The notes beneath the pieces are model-generated. The model searched no databases. It had not been told where the DNA came from and saw only the letters and a program-made list of their open reading frames with translations. A stretch of 64,000 nt of DNA, taken from Vicugna vicugna. Its lineage: Eukaryota. The DNA is taken from positions 2,458,948-2,522,947 of the forward strand of contig MU057651.1 in the NCBI GenBank assembly GCA_013265495.1. The letters are read 5' to 3'. The first letter of the stretch is position 1. The number at the start of each line of letters is the position of its first letter. Below, in pieces: positions 60,976-64,000 of this stretch. Made by a program: the position numbers and the translations under genes.

Positions 60976-63900
60976 ATGAGATCTTTGGAGTGGGCACCAG
61001 TCCCGCCTGGCTAATGTCCTTGTAAGGACAGGAGAGGCGAGGTCACGGGGAGAGGACGGCCGTCTGCCAGCCTCCACCTTGACCTTGACGTCCGGCCTCC
61101 AGGCTGGGAGACAGTCCATGTCTGCAGTGTGAGTGGCCCCATCTGTGGTGCATCCTTGTGATCTCCTTAGCAAACTGATGCAACTAAAATCAACCCCTTA
61201 TTTTGGCAAAGTAGTAAAGGATGCTGCTAAATTGGGAGGGGCTGAAACATGACTTGAATTCGGCACTCATGGGGTTGTCCCATCCAATTTGCCAAATGAC
61301 CCTGTTGTTAGAATTTGTCACCTTCAGGTGGGAGGCCGATGCTCAGGGAGACAGAGTAACTTGCCCCAAGTCACCGGCGAGTTAGCGGCAAGGTCAGGGG
61401 TGAGCCCACATTTATCACCCACTTCCCTGTCTCCCCTGCTCACGATCACGGAGCCAGAAGCAAATCCTAGAAGAAACCACGAGCTGAATCGTATTACCGA
61501 TTCCAAAGAAAGGCAGATTCTTACTGACTAGGAGGAGATTGCTAAAGGTTCAGAGCCTCACAGAGAAAGATACAATGAAACAGTGAAAGAGGTTAACCTC
61601 TCTTGTTAACATTTTATTCTACATACACGTGTCTGTAATCGCCTCAATGTAGCCTCTCCGGTGGGTTTTAGATTTTCCTCTGGCCACATTTCCACTGGCA
61701 AAGAAACAGCTGGGGAAGTGAAGTCGGCGTCGGCAGGCACCGACTTCACACGTCTGTGTCTCACGTCGTGTGTATGTGTGTGTGTGTGTGTGTGTCGGAG
61801 ACGTGGAACATGGAAAGGTTACTGAAAGGCTCAGCTCCCCGGGTGGGGGTCCTCCTCACCCCTACGCCCCCCCCGGGGGCGCGCAGCCCCTCCCTACACG
61901 CCACCCTCTTTCTGAAGCCTTGGAGCATCACCCCTACACGTCCACGCTCCTCTGATGAGAGCCTTGTGTCACCATCAAATTCATTAGGGGGCTTCCTCTG
62001 GGCTCTGTCCTTGTCTGAGAGAAGACCCCCTTTCTTCAGGCAACAAAAAGGGATTTAAAAGAAAATGCCCCATAAAGTCATTGCCAGTCAAGCAACCCCG
62101 TACCAGCTGGGCGGCGGTGATGGTGCGGGGGCACCAGTGGGTCTCCTGGTCTTTTTGGGGAATCAGATCTCTGCAGGGGGCCAGGGGAGCTGCTCTTGTG
62201 CTGAGAGCAGAAATGATACTTTGCTTTTCTGCAGCGCAGGAAGGTTGCCATGGCGAGTGGTGGAGGGGCAGACGGAACATCCCTGAGGCTGCCGATGCCA
62301 CCAGCAGACACGTCTTTTCATCTCCTGGGTTTTCACGTGTCGCCCCACCCACAGCGGGAAATTGGCTTTTCTTCCACGAGACCTTTCAAATGCAATTGAG
62401 AGACTAATTTCCTGGCCCTGTTTGTCCAGCTCAAAGGATGACTCGCCATTTGACTCAGACACCTGTCACCGCTGATGCCTGGCAGCGGTGATTATGGCTC
62501 GGGGGCTGGGGGAGGCAGGGGCGCCAGCATCCCCCGTATCCAGGGCCCCTTGGCTGCCACCAAGCTCAGGCGCTCTCTGGGACTTTGCAAATTATAGACA
62601 ATCAGCCTTGTCAGCTGGGAAGGGAGGGCCTCGAGCAGACGTGAGGGGCTGTTCTCATCCAGCAGACCGAGTGGACTGGGTTCCAAGGGGGCTTGAATTG
62701 TATCCTGGGCTGAGAAATGTTGGAATCACTCCCAACCAAACCCTAGGGCTTCTGTGCTTTCTGGAAAATGGGTTCTTCTTTAAAGCAAAAGATAATTTTT
62801 AAGATCAAGCCCAGGGCAGCATGCCCACCTCTGGACACTCTCACCCAAGCAAGCGGTCAGGGGTGAGCTGGTCGGACACTCCCACATGGACCAGCCATGC
62901 CTCTAACTGGCTGGTGCCCTTGGGCCTCGCTTTCCTTATCTGTGAGCGAGATTGCGGATGATCCCATCAACCCTCCTAATTATTTGGAGGTTAAAAAATG
63001 GGCTCATAAAACACAAGAAGTAAGTTAAAAACACAGCCTTATTCAGAGCAGGTATTGAATTAAAAGTAGCTATTATAATACACCCAGGATTATGGGGTAT
63101 TTGTAAGATTTTTGGAAAGTATCAAATTCGAGGGATCATCTTGGGCTGCTGAAAAGAAACAATGTGAGATTGTTTCAGTTATAACCTCCAGTGACTGAGG
63201 AAAACTGCTTATATTTTGGTTTGGGGTTGATTTGGGGCAGAACAGGAGTGGAGAGTATGGACTGGACCAGCACGACCCCAGCAGAAAACCGACATCCTCT
63301 TAGAACATTGCTCACCCCCATCCTCGAGGGTGTCCTTTGAAATCTGATTTATAAGAGGGAAAAATGCGACATTGTATAAATAGCCCCCATTCGTATACAT
63401 TGTGGCACACTGCAGACAATCACGCAGGATATTCTCAAAGAATATTTAAACCATGGGGAATGCTCACCATAAAACAGTAAAACATCACACGGAAAATCTG
63501 TACAATGAATTGCATTATCCCAGTTTTGTTTATGTGTAGGTACACATACACGCGCACACACACACACACGTATTGAAATAACACGGGGAGGAAGTATGCC
63601 CCCAAAATGTTTCCAGATCTTTTCCATTTTTATAGCAGACGTCTAGTTTCCATAAGTAGGAAGGGGACAATCCTTTTAAGTGGGATGACAATACCGGGAT
63701 GGACACAGAAGGCACGAAATTGGCAATGTGGGAAACTGAGACCACGATGTAAAGAAAACCACAGGAACCCCCCCCAAAACACAGAGGAGAAGATGACCAA
63801 AAAAGGAAAATAACAAAAGAGAGCTAGCAATCGTGGAAAAGGTCCCCAATCCGTGGGAAATCAAAGTTCCTGGAAAAGAACTAAAGTGGGAGAGAAACGT

Positions 63901-64000
63901 TCCCAGGTGAAGAAGGAGCTGAGTCTGGCGTTAACAGGGCTCCCCCAAGGCTGGGGAGTGGGGAGTGGGGTCAAAGTGAAAAGAAAGGTCTTGGCAAAAA

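Noticed and set aside
60577..64000. DDC exon 4 or other upstream exons
   Set aside because: No AASPACTELE-like coding segment seen; this stretch appears to be intron 4 with repeat relics.

Overview
Mammalian genomic DNA, not prokaryotic. It covers the conserved IKZF1-FIGNL1-DDC syntenic block (human 7p12 equivalent), and the tRNA-derived SINE family suggests a camelid (inference). In order: (1) the end of the last IKZF1 intron, the last coding exon (4141-4856, +) and the 3' UTR to about 8120; (2) an intergenic region with SINE, L1, LTR and DNA-transposon relics and a near-consensus CTCF motif; (3) FIGNL1 on the minus strand, with a single coding exon (28494-26458, 678 aa) and a CpG-island promoter present twice as a 931-bp-offset tandem duplication joined through an 82-bp minisatellite; (4) the 3' part of DDC on the minus strand (exons 5-15, human numbering). 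Exons 6-14 have canonical GT-AG boundaries and the expected sizes, but exon 5 breaks off after 30 codons into a 10-bp tandem repeat and lacks its last 15 codons and splice donor. Other notable items are a solo ERV LTR with 3 CCAAT boxes, 2 octamers and a TATA box, divergent CTCF motifs, a degenerate interstitial telomeric repeat, a candidate L1 3' transduction, a candidate MIR-derived FIGNL1 5' UTR exon, and strong GC/CpG skew with Ala/Gly-biased substitutions in Ikaros. I found no evidence of a wholly new gene system. The two largest anomalies (DDC exon 5 and the FIGNL1 promoter duplication) could be assembly artefacts and need read-level checks. Comparisons to human sequence and repeat-family names are from memory, not database searches.
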